Shown one piece after another: positions 9,682 through 19,305 of a DNA stretch of 64,000 nt. The DNA is from a virus: positions 64,542 through 128,541 of IMG/VR virus record IMGVR_UViG_3300035663_000001, one strand, 5' to 3'. The notes under the pieces were generated by a model. It did no database searches. It saw only the letters and a program-made list of their open reading frames with translations, and was not told the origin of the DNA. A program made the translations under genes and the position numbers. Each line of letters begins with the position of its first letter. The stretch's first letter is position 1.

Positions 9682-10087
9682 TCTTAATCAAGAAATTAAA
9701 TGCCACGAAGAAGGAGATTACTCTATTATAGAAATTTCTTGTGGCATTAAGAAATATTATTACCGTAATGTTGGTTATCGAACTGTATATCCTAATGGAT
9801 TTTCTATCTACCATAAAAATGGTACTCTTCATCGAGAAGATGGTCCTGCTATAGAGCGCCCAGATGGCCATCAAGAATGGCGTCTCAATGGTCTATTTCA
9901 TAGGACTGATGGTCCAGCTTTAATAGATAAAAAAGGTAATAAAAAGTGGTATTGTAATGGAGAATTACATCGTACAGATGGGCCGGCTATTGAAATGATT
10001 AGTGGTCGCGTGTATTATTACTTACAGGGTAAAAGAATTTATTCTGTCAATAAATTTAATCGTTTAGTTAAACTTCAATTTATTTAG
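9599..10087 (+). CDS. HREDGPA-repeat protein, divergent (likely start 9668)
   Basis: repeats; tail FNRLVKLQFI. Confidence 0.8.
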   Translation: MKRMMILILIFHPWMMKILLMSLMTIIDLNQEIKCHEEGDYSIIEISCGIKKYYYRNVGYRTVYPNGFSIYHKNGTLHREDGPAIERPDGHQEWRLNGLFHRTDGPALIDKKGNKKWYCNGELHRTDGPAIEMISGRVYYYLQGKRIYSVNKFNRLVKLQFI

Positions 10088-10101
10088 AATTTACAAGACA
10101 A

Positions 10102-10563
10102 ATGAAGCCGACTTATATCTTAACCTCTAATAAAACTAAAAAATATATGTTGAATGGGCAGCTTCATCGAGAAGATGGACCGGCTATTATAAATACAAAT
10201 GGAGATAAGTTGTGGTATTTAAACGATCTTCTCCATCGAGAAGATGGCCCAGCCATAGAGCGTGTTAATGAAAGTAAACATTGGTTTCTTCATGGCGAAT
10301 GCCATCGAGCAGATGGCCCTGCTACTGAATATAAAGATCATACCAGATATTATCTTTATAATAAGTTACATCGAACAGATGGGCCAGCAGTAGAGTGGAG
10401 TAATAATTCTAATTCTTATCAGGTATGGTACTTTTTAATGTCAGGTTTGACAGATTATAAAGATATAGAATATCCTGTTGAAGGAAAACGCTGGTATCTT
10501 GAAGATAAAGAATATACCGAAGAAGAATATTGGCGAATGCTTAAGTTACAAGCTTTATGGTAA
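10102..10563 (+). CDS. HREDGPA-repeat protein
   Basis: repeats; KLQALW tail. Confidence 0.85.
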   Translation: MKPTYILTSNKTKKYMLNGQLHREDGPAIINTNGDKLWYLNDLLHREDGPAIERVNESKHWFLHGECHRADGPATEYKDHTRYYLYNKLHRTDGPAVEWSNNSNSYQVWYFLMSGLTDYKDIEYPVEGKRWYLEDKEYTEEEYWRMLKLQALW

Positions 10564-10868
10564 AGTATGATGAATTTGGTATTAAAAGATATTTAGTAAA
10601 TGGAGAATTACATCGAGAAGATGGCCCGGCCGTAGAATTTAGCAATGGAGAAAAACATTGGTGTCTTCATGGTCAGCTTCATCGAGAAGATGGACCTACA
10701 GTAATATATGCTAATGGAAGTAAAAACTGGTATTTGCATGATCGATTGCATCGAGAAGATGGTCCAGCGATAGAAAACGCTAATGGAGAGAAATGGTGGT
10801 ACCTTCAAGGTAAACAATATACAGAAGAAGAATATTGGCGGACGGTTAAATTAAAAACTTTATGGTAA
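10557..10868 (+). CDS. HREDGPA-repeat protein
   Basis: repeats; KLKTLW tail. Confidence 0.85.
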   Translation: MVKYDEFGIKRYLVNGELHREDGPAVEFSNGEKHWCLHGQLHREDGPTVIYANGSKNWYLHDRLHREDGPAIENANGEKWWYLQGKQYTEEEYWRTVKLKTLW

Positions 10869-11560
10869 AAATTAAAGAAAAAAATTTTAATAGGTATTTA
10901 ATACAGAGCTTGTGCGTTCTATTTACTCTACTAATTTATAGTATATTTCTGGGTTGGAAACTAGGTATACTTTTAGTAGTAAGTATCTCTTTACATGAGA
11001 TGAGTCATCTTTGGGCGGCCCAAAGATTGGGAATGAAAACTCATGGTTTTATCTTGTTACCTTTTATTGGAGGCTTGGCTTTTATTGGAGGAACTTATAA
11101 AAGTCATAAACATAATGTCATTGTGTCTTTAGCCGGTCCCTTGGGTGGAAGTTTATTTGCGGCATTGACAGCCGTTCTATATCAGTTAACCGGCCTTTTA
11201 ATTCTGAAAGAAACGGTAGTTTTAATGAGCATATTAAATATATTTAATATGCTTCCGCTAGCATTTTTAGATGGCGGACAAGTTTTTAATTGTATTGGAA
11301 GCTCTATTGATAAACGTTTAGGATTTTATCATTTAATTTTTACTTCAGTAGTAATTGTATTCTTCTTATGGAAGATTAATGTCATCTTAGCGGTGGCTAT
11401 TATTCTGCTTTCTTCCTTAAGAATATTAGATGATTACTCTAATATCTTTAAAAAGAAAAAGGTATTTGTTGCCTTAACATTAAGTGAGATATTTCAAACA
11501 CTACTAGCTTGGTTATTTATTTACTACCTACTACTATTTCTATTACTTACCTTTATCTAA
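10862..11560 (+). CDS. site-2 protease family (M50) membrane metallopeptidase
   Basis: HEMSH, AGPL, NMLPLAFLDGG motifs; hydrophobic helices. Confidence 0.85.
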   Translation: MVKIKEKNFNRYLIQSLCVLFTLLIYSIFLGWKLGILLVVSISLHEMSHLWAAQRLGMKTHGFILLPFIGGLAFIGGTYKSHKHNVIVSLAGPLGGSLFAALTAVLYQLTGLLILKETVVLMSILNIFNMLPLAFLDGGQVFNCIGSSIDKRLGFYHLIFTSVVIVFFLWKINVILAVAIILLSSLRILDDYSNIFKKKKVFVALTLSEIFQTLLAWLFIYYLLLFLLLTFI

Positions 11561-11810
11561 ATTACTAAAAATTAGGTTAAGTAGTACAGCAACACTTCCC
11601 CCTATTAGATCCCCCGATCATTTGTCGAGAGACACTTCGTATATTAAAATCTTTTAACGTGTCTAAAGCTATAAATATATTTAACACAAACGCGGCTAGT
11701 GGAAGCGTCACAGCTAGGTTTTAAACTTTAAAAATATGTATAATTTCAGGATGACTGTTTATAAATTGTTCTTAAGGCTAGTCAAGATTTAATCCCAGTG
11801 CCAGCATAAA

Positions 11811-12134
11811 ATGATCATGCAAAAGATAAAATCTGATAAATATGGAAATAAATATTATTTTTGGGACCTTTGTCTTCATCGAGAAGATGGTCCGGCCGTA
11901 GAATTTGTTAGCGGAACTAAAGAGTGGTATATTCACGACAAACTCCATCGACTAGATGGTCCAGCGATAGAATATTTTGATGGAGGTAAATCATGGTATC
12001 TTCATGGTCGACGCCATCGAGAAGATGGCCCGGCATTAGAATTTATTAATGGATACCGAGAATATTACCTTCAAGGTAAAGAATATTCAGAAGAAGAGTA
12101 TTGGCGAGTGGTTAAATTAAAAGCTTTATGGTAA
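11811..12134 (+). CDS. HREDGPA-repeat protein
   Basis: repeats and tail. Confidence 0.85.
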   Translation: MIMQKIKSDKYGNKYYFWDLCLHREDGPAVEFVSGTKEWYIHDKLHRLDGPAIEYFDGGKSWYLHGRRHREDGPALEFINGYREYYLQGKEYSEEEYWRVVKLKALW

Positions 12135-12137
12135 AAT

Positions 12138-12524
12138 ATGCAAGAAATTAAGATAAATAAATATGGTACTAAATTTTATTATTGGAACGGTCAGCTTCAT
12201 CGAGAAGCTGGACCCGCCATAGAATTTACTAATGGCAGTAACGAATGGAGGCTTTATGATCGTTGGCATCGAGAAGCTGGGCCAGCAATAGAATATATTA
12301 ATAAATATAAAGCTTGGTATGTTAATGGTAAAAGACATCGAGAAGATGGGCCTGCTCTAGAATATGTTAGTGGATATAAAGAATGGTATCATCATGGCGA
12401 TCTACATCGAGAAGATGGACCAGCCGTAGAAGATGCTAATGGTACTAAATATTGGTGCCTTCAAGGCAAAAGATATTCCGAAGAAGAATATTGGAGATTA
12501 GTCAAGCTAAAAGCATTATGGTAA
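12138..12524 (+). CDS. HREDGPA-repeat protein
   Basis: repeats and tail. Confidence 0.85.
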   Translation: MQEIKINKYGTKFYYWNGQLHREAGPAIEFTNGSNEWRLYDRWHREAGPAIEYINKYKAWYVNGKRHREDGPALEYVSGYKEWYHHGDLHREDGPAVEDANGTKYWCLQGKRYSEEEYWRLVKLKALW

Positions 12525-12527
12525 AGT

Positions 12528-12845
12528 ATGCAAGAAATTACAATAGATGAACACGGGACTAAAAGATATTATTGGAATAACCAATTACATCGAGAAGATG
12601 GTCCTGCGATAGAATATGCTAATGGATCTAAAGAGTGGTGTCTTAATGGTCAATATCATCGAGAAGATGGCCCGGCATTAGAATATTCTAATGGAGACAA
12701 ATTCTGGTATTTGCATGATCAATTTCATCGAGAAGATGGTCCGGCCGCAGAATATGCTAATGGAGATAAAGAGTGGTTCCTTCACGGTAAAAAATATACA
12801 GAAGAAAAATATTGGCGTTTAGTTAAGCTAAAAGCTTTGTGGTAA
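12528..12845 (+). CDS. HREDGPA-repeat protein
   Basis: repeats and tail. Confidence 0.85.
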   Translation: MQEITIDEHGTKRYYWNNQLHREDGPAIEYANGSKEWCLNGQYHREDGPALEYSNGDKFWYLHDQFHREDGPAAEYANGDKEWFLHGKKYTEEKYWRLVKLKALW

Positions 12846-12848
12846 AAT

Positions 12849-13097
12849 ATGCAAGAAATTACGATAGATAAATTTGGCACTAAAAGATATTTTTGGAGTA
12901 ATAAACTCCATCGAGAAGATGGACCAGCAATAAAATATATTAATGGATATAAACAATGGTATCATCATGGTCAACGGCATCGAGAAGGTGGTCCGGCCAT
13001 AGATTATGTTAATGGATTTAAAAAATGGTATCTTCAAGGTGAATCATATTCAGAAGAAGAGTATTGGAGATTAGTTAAATTAAAAGCATTATGGTGA
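12849..13097 (+). CDS. HREDGPA-repeat protein
   Basis: repeats and tail. Confidence 0.85.
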   Translation: MQEITIDKFGTKRYFWSNKLHREDGPAIKYINGYKQWYHHGQRHREGGPAIDYVNGFKKWYLQGESYSEEEYWRLVKLKALW

Positions 13098-13100
13098 AGT

Positions 13101-13487
13101 ATGCAAGAAATTAAAATAGATGAACGTGGGACTAAAAGATACTATTGGAATGGCCAACTCCATCGAGAAGATGGACCAGCTATCGAATGGTATGATGGAA
13201 ATAAATATTGGTATCTTCATGGTCAACGACATCGAGAAGATGGTCCGGCTGTAGAGTATGTTAATGGAGATAAATATTGGTATCGTCATGATCAACTACA
13301 TCGAGAAGATGGTCCAGCCGTAGAGTGGAGTAATGGATCTAAAGAATGGTTGCTTCATAATCAACTCCATCGAGAAGATGGTCCGGCAGTAGAATATGTT
13401 GATGGTACTAAATTTTGGCATCTTAAAAATAAGAGATACACAGAAAAAAAGTATTGGCGAATGGTTAAATTAAAAGCTTTATGGTAA
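13101..13487 (+). CDS. HREDGPA-repeat protein
   Basis: repeats and tail. Confidence 0.85.
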   Translation: MQEIKIDERGTKRYYWNGQLHREDGPAIEWYDGNKYWYLHGQRHREDGPAVEYVNGDKYWYRHDQLHREDGPAVEWSNGSKEWLLHNQLHREDGPAVEYVDGTKFWHLKNKRYTEKKYWRMVKLKALW

Positions 13488-13491
13488 AGTA

Positions 13492-13740
13492 ATGCACGGA
13501 ATTAATATAGACAAAAATGGAAATAAATTTTATTATTGGAATGATCGATATCATCGAGAAGACGGTCCAGCGATAGAATTTTCTAATGGAAATAAATGGT
13601 GGTATCTTCATGATCTCTTACATCGAGAAGATGGGCCAGCGGTAGAATATGCTGATGGATATAAAGAGTGGTATCTTCAAAATAAACAATATACAGAAGA
13701 AGAATATTGGCGAATACTTAAATTAAAAACTTTATGGTAA
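13492..13740 (+). CDS. HREDGPA-repeat protein
   Basis: repeats and tail. Confidence 0.85.
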   Translation: MHGINIDKNGNKFYYWNDRYHREDGPAIEFSNGNKWWYLHDLLHREDGPAVEYADGYKEWYLQNKQYTEEEYWRILKLKTLW

Positions 13741-13803
13741 AGTATGCAAGAAATTGAAAGGTACGTATGAAACAAGGTTTTTCCTGCCCAAGTCCCGAGA
13801 TAT

Positions 13804-14589
13804 TTGTTCCGATTGACCTCAGTAAATGTACTGATGTTTTTCCTCCAGGTTTGTACGAAACCTGTTATGACCGTCAATATGGGTTTTTATTTTAAAAAAT
13901 TAGATATTGAGCAAAGAAGAATCTTTGCTTTTCAAGATGATACGAGTGACTTTATCATTAAAGACATCCAAAAATTTTGGACCCTGAAAGATAAGTACGC
14001 AGCATATCAAATGCCATTTAAGAGAGGAATCTTAATGTATGGACCGCCCGGATGTGGTAAGTCATCTATTATCTCTTTGTTGACATCTAATGTCACTTCT
14101 AAAGATGGCGTCGTAATTAAGTTTAATACTAACATCGACGTTTATAAAGAGTGTCTCTCTAAATTTAGAGAAATTTATCCGGATAAACCGATCATTGTTC
14201 TATTAGAAGATTTAAATTATATACTAGATAGTATTGATGAATCAGATTTTCTAAACATGTTAGATGGTTTAGAAAAATTTTCACACTCTACAGTATATCT
14301 TGGAACTACTAATTACATTAAAGATTTACAAAATAACATTAAAAATAGACCCAATAGATTCGATCTAGTTTTAGAAGTTAAGCCTCCTCAAGCAAAAATT
14401 AGAAAAGAATATTTGCAAAAATTACTGTTAGGGAAATCTAAAATTGAAAACTTAGACCAATGGGTCAAAGATACTGCTGGTTTTTCTTTTGCACATCTAG
14501 AAGAATTATTCAAATCTGTTTTCTTATTTGGAAGTGATTATCGATCTTCTATCACTAGAATTAAAAGTATGATTGCGAATTCCGATTGA
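13804..14589 (+). CDS. AAA+ ATPase (BCS1-like); true start probably 13767 across a +1 frameshift
   Basis: Walker A GPPGCGKS, Walker B VLLED, TTN sensor, RPNRFD. Confidence 0.85.
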   Translation: MFRLTSVNVLMFFLQVCTKPVMTVNMGFYFKKLDIEQRRIFAFQDDTSDFIIKDIQKFWTLKDKYAAYQMPFKRGILMYGPPGCGKSSIISLLTSNVTSKDGVVIKFNTNIDVYKECLSKFREIYPDKPIIVLLEDLNYILDSIDESDFLNMLDGLEKFSHSTVYLGTTNYIKDLQNNIKNRPNRFDLVLEVKPPQAKIRKEYLQKLLLGKSKIENLDQWVKDTAGFSFAHLEELFKSVFLFGSDYRSSITRIKSMIANSD

Positions 14590-14595
14590 ACCGGA

Positions 14596-14611
14596 TGCAA
14601 TTTTCGTGCCA
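14596..14611 (-). promoter_or_regulatory. sigma54 box (minus strand)
   Basis: reverse complement TGGCAC-GAAAA-TTGCA. Confidence 0.6.
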
Positions 14612-14620
14612 CGGCCAGCT

Positions 14621-14651
14621 CCCAGCGACTAAATTTTATTCTCACGCCCTA
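14621..14651 (+). promoter_or_regulatory. CCCAGCGACTAAA-N14-CCTA motif (copy 3)
   Basis: exact repeat. Confidence 0.65.
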
Positions 14652-14680
14652 GATAGTGAGGGCACTCAGAAAGAATAGTT

Positions 14681-15010
14681 ATGATGTATGCCCTTTATGT
14701 AGTTTGGTATTTGTTTAATTTTGTGTTGAGAGCATTTTATATTTCCATATTTTGGAAATGGTTTGTTGTTAAACAATTTACTAACTTTCCCTTATTAGGG
14801 CCTGCTCATTTTATTGGAGTGTTGCTTTTATTGCAGCTCTTTAAAACTAAAGAGGTAGTTGATTTGTTTAATCAAACTTCTGTGGTTATTCAATTAGCAG
14901 CTAAACAAGCCACTTCTTCCTATTTGTTTTTTAAATTATTTTATGATTTGCTATTTGCCACAATTATTTTTGTGGTAGGAGCTATTTTTCACACATTATT
15001 AATGTGGTAA
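14681..15010 (+). CDS. membrane protein
   Basis: three hydrophobic segments. Confidence 0.55.
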   Translation: MMYALYVVWYLFNFVLRAFYISIFWKWFVVKQFTNFPLLGPAHFIGVLLLLQLFKTKEVVDLFNQTSVVIQLAAKQATSSYLFFKLFYDLLFATIIFVVGAIFHTLLMW

Positions 15011-15032
15011 ATTTTCAATTAAACGGGGTTGT

Positions 15033-15371
15033 ATGTTACAAAAATTAATCTCACTAGGTCTAGTTGTGTTTATCTTGGGTTGCGTAGAGGAAGATTCTTC
15101 TGAAAATTTTAGTGAAAATGAATTTTCTACTCAAGAAGAGTTACCATTTTCTTCTTATGAAGAAAATAAAGAGGGATTATCCTGTGGTTTGTTTCAAACC
15201 ATTAAAACTAACGTAGATGGCTCTAAATTTACTTTAGAAGTTCCCGTTATGTGCGATCCTTTTCAGTTACCATATCATCTAGATCCCTTAGAAGAAATTC
15301 TTCCTCATGAAGATGAGGAGATAATGGAACATTATTTTAATACCTCTCCAGATTATTCTACCCATACTTAA
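15033..15371 (+). CDS. putative lipoprotein
   Basis: signal peptide with ILGC lipobox. Confidence 0.5.
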   Translation: MLQKLISLGLVVFILGCVEEDSSENFSENEFSTQEELPFSSYEENKEGLSCGLFQTIKTNVDGSKFTLEVPVMCDPFQLPYHLDPLEEILPHEDEEIMEHYFNTSPDYSTHT

Positions 15372-15372
15372 T

Positions 15373-16917
15373 ATGTCAAGTCAAGAAAGTTTAAAGGAAG
15401 TAAGATTAAATAAGCACACCATCTTAAATGGTGGTACTTATCCCTTGGCAGAGAAGCATCATTCTATTGCTTCTGTTCTTAAAGAAAGCAGTCATAATCA
15501 TCCGCCCACCTCTATTTCTCCAGACGAGTTATCTGAAGAGTGGAAACTACACGGCAGAATTACTAATATTCGTAAGTCTGGAGGAATTACTTTCATCAAG
15601 ATGACGGATGCTTCTGGGTCAATTCAATTGATTGCTTCTAAGTCATCTCTTTCAAATTATCAAGACCTTTATCTTCTTGATCTAGGAGATATTATTGAGA
15701 TTTCTGGATTATCTTGCCTATCTAAGACGGGAGAAATTTCTATTCTACTCCAAACTTGGAAAGTGCTAACTAAATCACATCTTCCTCCGCCAGAGAAGTT
15801 TTCTGGACTTTCAGATGAAGAAGTTAAGTATCGTCAAAGATATTTAGATCTTCTATCCTCCGAAGAAACTAGAGCGCGATTTATTGTTCGTTCTATGGTC
15901 ATTAAGGCTATTAGACAGTTTATGGAGACTCGCTCTTTTATGGAAGTAGAAACTCCAACTCTATCTGCTATTAGTTCAGGAGCTAACGCTAAGCCTTTTA
16001 ATACTTTTCATAACTCTCTAAATTGTTCCTTGCAATTAAGAATTGCTCCAGAACTTTATCTAAAAAGATTATTAGTGGGAGGCTATGAAAAGGTATTTGA
16101 AATTGGTAAAAATTATCGAAATGAAGGATTGTCGCCTCGACATAATCCAGAATTTACTATGCTGGAAAGTTATGAAGCATATGGTAACTTTAAAGATTTG
16201 ATTTCGCATACCTCTAATCTTTGGAATTTTATTATTTCTTATTTAGAAAATAATTTGCCTGCTAGTGCATTAAATTATTTTAATAATTGGATGGTTAATT
16301 CTCCTATTGATTGGAGTAGATTTCATTCTGTTTCCATGCTCAATTCCATTGAATATGCTGCTCATAAGTCTGGAATTGATTTATCAACACTGCAAGTGCA
16401 ACAAGAAAATAATCCTAGACTGCAGAAAATTTCTCTGCCAGATCTTTCAGAGGCAGTCAAGAATGTTTCTTCTGGTTCCAAAATTGGAATTTTATTCGAG
16501 CACCTAGTTGAACCTTTTCTAACTGAAGATTATAGGAATGAAAATGGCACTAAATCAGTGCCAGTCTTTATTACTGATTATCCAAAAGATATTTCTCCGT
16601 TAGCCAGAGCCTCAGATCAAGACCCTAATTTTTGCGATAGGTTTGAGCTTTTTGTTAATGGTCAAGAATTAGCGAATGCTTTCCAAGAATTAAATGACCC
16701 TCAAGAACAATTTTTAAGATTTCAACAGCAATTGTCATCCTCCGAAAAGGATCCAATGGCTTTTGACCAAGATTATATTGAAGCATTAGAATATGGAATG
16801 CCTCCCGCTATCGGTCTAGGTCTAGGTATCGATCGCTTAGTTTCCTTTCTAACTAATTCTTCTAACATCAAAGATGTAATACTTTTCCCTACCTTAAAGC
16901 CTATTGAATTAAAATAA
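15373..16917 (+). CDS. lysS: lysyl-tRNA synthetase, class II
   Basis: YRQRYLDL, EVETP, GANAKPF, LRIAPELYLKRL, YRNEG..HNPEFTMLE, GLGIDRL. Confidence 0.95.
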   Translation: MSSQESLKEVRLNKHTILNGGTYPLAEKHHSIASVLKESSHNHPPTSISPDELSEEWKLHGRITNIRKSGGITFIKMTDASGSIQLIASKSSLSNYQDLYLLDLGDIIEISGLSCLSKTGEISILLQTWKVLTKSHLPPPEKFSGLSDEEVKYRQRYLDLLSSEETRARFIVRSMVIKAIRQFMETRSFMEVETPTLSAISSGANAKPFNTFHNSLNCSLQLRIAPELYLKRLLVGGYEKVFEIGKNYRNEGLSPRHNPEFTMLESYEAYGNFKDLISHTSNLWNFIISYLENNLPASALNYFNNWMVNSPIDWSRFHSVSMLNSIEYAAHKSGIDLSTLQVQQENNPRLQKISLPDLSEAVKNVSSGSKIGILFEHLVEPFLTEDYRNENGTKSVPVFITDYPKDISPLARASDQDPNFCDRFELFVNGQELANAFQELNDPQEQFLRFQQQLSSSEKDPMAFDQDYIEALEYGMPPAIGLGLGIDRLVSFLTNSSNIKDVILFPTLKPIELK

Positions 16918-16918
16918 T

Positions 16919-17938
16919 ATGGATAATTTAATTTTAGCATCTAATAAATGTCCTCCGGGTTTTATTGATTGTGCTATTGGTGAACCACATGTAGTTCGAG
17001 ACAATCTATTAAATTCTTTTAATTTAGATGATAAAATTTTAGATTCCTTATCCGCTGAAGATCTTATTTATCCTGCTCCAGCAGGATATGGACCATTAGT
17101 TAAATATCTAGAAGATAAGTACCACTATCCAGTGGTTATTACTAATGGAGCTAAACAAGCTTTAGGTGCTTGTTTCTATGCTTGGAAAAAAATGGGGTGG
17201 AGTCAATATACCATGAAAAAACCATTTTGGGCTTTGATTCCACCTCTATCATCCATCCATAACATGGAATGTTCTTTTTATGCCAATCAAGGAAAATTAC
17301 CGTTTCTCTTATTAGATCCTAATAATCCAAATGGTGATTCTGTAAAGGTAGAGGAACTAATAAATTTAGAAAAAAAATATTCCGTTTTTCATGTTCCGTT
17401 AGTTCATGATGCGGCTTATTATAATCACATTTACTTGCCTACCGAACATCCATTACCAGTTATTGGTGACGCTCAAATATATTCAGTTTCTAAAATGTTA
17501 GGTCTGTCTGGACTTCGTTTAGGATATGTAGTATGTAAAAATAAGTTAATGCATTCATATATTACAGAATATATGGAGGCTATGACTGTTGGCGTGTCTA
17601 TTTTGTCTCAGAAGTTTTATTTTCAGATCTTAGCTAAACATTTAGACCTGTACCCTCAAACTACGCTCAATTTTGAGCGGACTAGTGCTGCCGATATTTT
17701 ACATAATAAAAAGCTATGTAAAGAAATAAATCCTAACATTTTGTTAGTTCCAGAAGATATTGAACAACAGTTTGGAATGTTTGGATTTTTTAAATGCCAT
17801 AATGTCTTAGCATTTGAGCAAGCAAAAATTAAAATAATTCAGGGAGCACCTTTTGGCGCGCCAGGATTCATTAGAATGAACTTAGCCATTCCTCGTTCTT
17901 TGATGCAAGAAGTAGTAACTCGTCTCAATAATACTTAA
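16919..17938 (+). CDS. PLP-dependent aminotransferase class I/II
   Basis: PNNPNG, HDAAY, SVSKMLGLSGLRLGY. Confidence 0.85.
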   Translation: MDNLILASNKCPPGFIDCAIGEPHVVRDNLLNSFNLDDKILDSLSAEDLIYPAPAGYGPLVKYLEDKYHYPVVITNGAKQALGACFYAWKKMGWSQYTMKKPFWALIPPLSSIHNMECSFYANQGKLPFLLLDPNNPNGDSVKVEELINLEKKYSVFHVPLVHDAAYYNHIYLPTEHPLPVIGDAQIYSVSKMLGLSGLRLGYVVCKNKLMHSYITEYMEAMTVGVSILSQKFYFQILAKHLDLYPQTTLNFERTSAADILHNKKLCKEINPNILLVPEDIEQQFGMFGFFKCHNVLAFEQAKIKIIQGAPFGAPGFIRMNLAIPRSLMQEVVTRLNNT

Positions 17939-17941
17939 ATT

Positions 17942-18142
17942 ATGGTCAAGCTTCCTTTTCAAACTATTGAAGATTTTGCTCTCTATTTAATTAGGATGGC
18001 TGCTGCCGGTGATTCAGAATATTATTTTAAATTGTATTTTAATTACTTAGCCGAATGCGGCTGGACCGATCAAGAGTTTAATCAAGAGCTCTTACGGCAG
18101 ATTGATGATTCTTGGTCATTAGATATTAATTCTTTACATTAA
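17942..18142 (+). CDS. hypothetical protein
   Basis: ORF in operon. Confidence 0.5.
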   Translation: MVKLPFQTIEDFALYLIRMAAAGDSEYYFKLYFNYLAECGWTDQEFNQELLRQIDDSWSLDINSLH

Positions 18143-18147
18143 AACAT

Positions 18148-18768
18148 ATGCAAGTTAAAAATAGAACCTCCCCTGATTTTTCTCTAACTTCTGAAGTACA
18201 CCAACAAGCTATGGCTGCGGGCACTTCTCATTTTAGTACCTGGCAATATAATGTTACAGATGCTCTTAAAGGAAAATCTGTAGAAGAAATTAAACAAGTT
18301 TTACGATCAACTGCGCATCCATTTTCCGTTCTCATGGAACGTTGGGTGGGTGATTTTAATTTTGGCACAATGATTCGTAATGCCAATGCTTTTAATGCTC
18401 AAAAAGTTTTTTATCTGGGAGATAAGAAATGGGATCGGCGTTCTGCTTTAGGCACCCATAATTATACAGATTTGCAGTGGCTTTCTACCGTGGAAGAAAT
18501 ATCAACTCTTCAATCCCAATATACTATTGTTGGAGTAGATAATATTACAGGCAAGTCTGTTCCACTTACTAACTATCAATTTGTGCCTAATACCCTCTTC
18601 ATTTTTGGAGAGGAAGGTGTGGGATTAACTCCCCAGATGCAATCTTTCTGCCAAGATATTGTAGAAATTGAAATGTATGGATCTGTTCGCAGTCTTAACT
18701 GCGGAGTAGCTTCTGGTATTTTAATGCACCAATATGTTTCTTGGTGGAAGTCTACTCATCAGAGTTAA
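18148..18768 (+). CDS. SPOUT TrmH/SpoU-family RNA 2'-O-methyltransferase
   Basis: NFGTMIRNA, FGEEGVGL, IEMYGSVRSLNCGVA. Confidence 0.9.
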   Translation: MQVKNRTSPDFSLTSEVHQQAMAAGTSHFSTWQYNVTDALKGKSVEEIKQVLRSTAHPFSVLMERWVGDFNFGTMIRNANAFNAQKVFYLGDKKWDRRSALGTHNYTDLQWLSTVEEISTLQSQYTIVGVDNITGKSVPLTNYQFVPNTLFIFGEEGVGLTPQMQSFCQDIVEIEMYGSVRSLNCGVASGILMHQYVSWWKSTHQS

Positions 18769-18790
18769 TTTTAAAAATAAGCGCTGGCAC

Positions 18791-18818
18791 TTGACACGGT
18801 ATTTAAAAAAAATACAAT
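18791..18818 (+). promoter_or_regulatory. sigma70-like promoter
   Basis: TTGACA-N16-TACAAT with AT-rich upstream tract. Confidence 0.6.
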
Positions 18819-18861
18819 AATAAGAGATTCCCCATTCAACATTAACACAAAGGAAAATAAT

Positions 18862-19101
18862 ATGTCAAAACGCGGTAAACCAGTTACTCAGGCTATTCGT
18901 ACAGAGCGTCGTCTTCGGGCAGAAAAAATGTTAGAAGAGTACCATCAAAAATATCCAACTACCCAAGATAAGTTAAACGCTTTGCCTCCTACTGGAGCAA
19001 CTCGTCAGAGGCAACGTTTGCTAGCTAAATTAGCAGAAGAACAAAAAGTATCAGCTGCTACTGAGCAGACCACTAATAAAAATAAAAAAGAAGGTAAGTG
19101 A
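18862..19101 (+). CDS. basic hypothetical protein
   Basis: RBS, ORF. Confidence 0.5.
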   Translation: MSKRGKPVTQAIRTERRLRAEKMLEEYHQKYPTTQDKLNALPPTGATRQRQRLLAKLAEEQKVSAATEQTTNKNKKEGK

Positions 19102-19305
19102 TGTTAGTTGTAATTTGTATCTTAGCTACATTTTTCCCCTTATTAGGTGGGGTAGCTTTCCATCTTCATCAAGCTAATGGGGAGCGTCTCAAAAAGGCTT
19201 ATATGGCTTATAAAGCCAATGATCCTTTTGTAGATGTGAAGGATTCAACTCTATCTACTGACACTAAATAATAACACTCAGAGCTAAGTGCAAAGCGGGT
19301 AAAAT

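Noticed and set aside
11561-11810. 250-nt intergenic gap as a possible ncRNA or origin
   Set aside because: Only weak short stems and no repeats; nothing supportable.
11811-13740. 69-nt periodic conserved/variable pattern resembling a CRISPR array
   Set aside because: The period is a multiple of 3, always in one open frame; variable parts are homologous to each other; no cas genes or leader.
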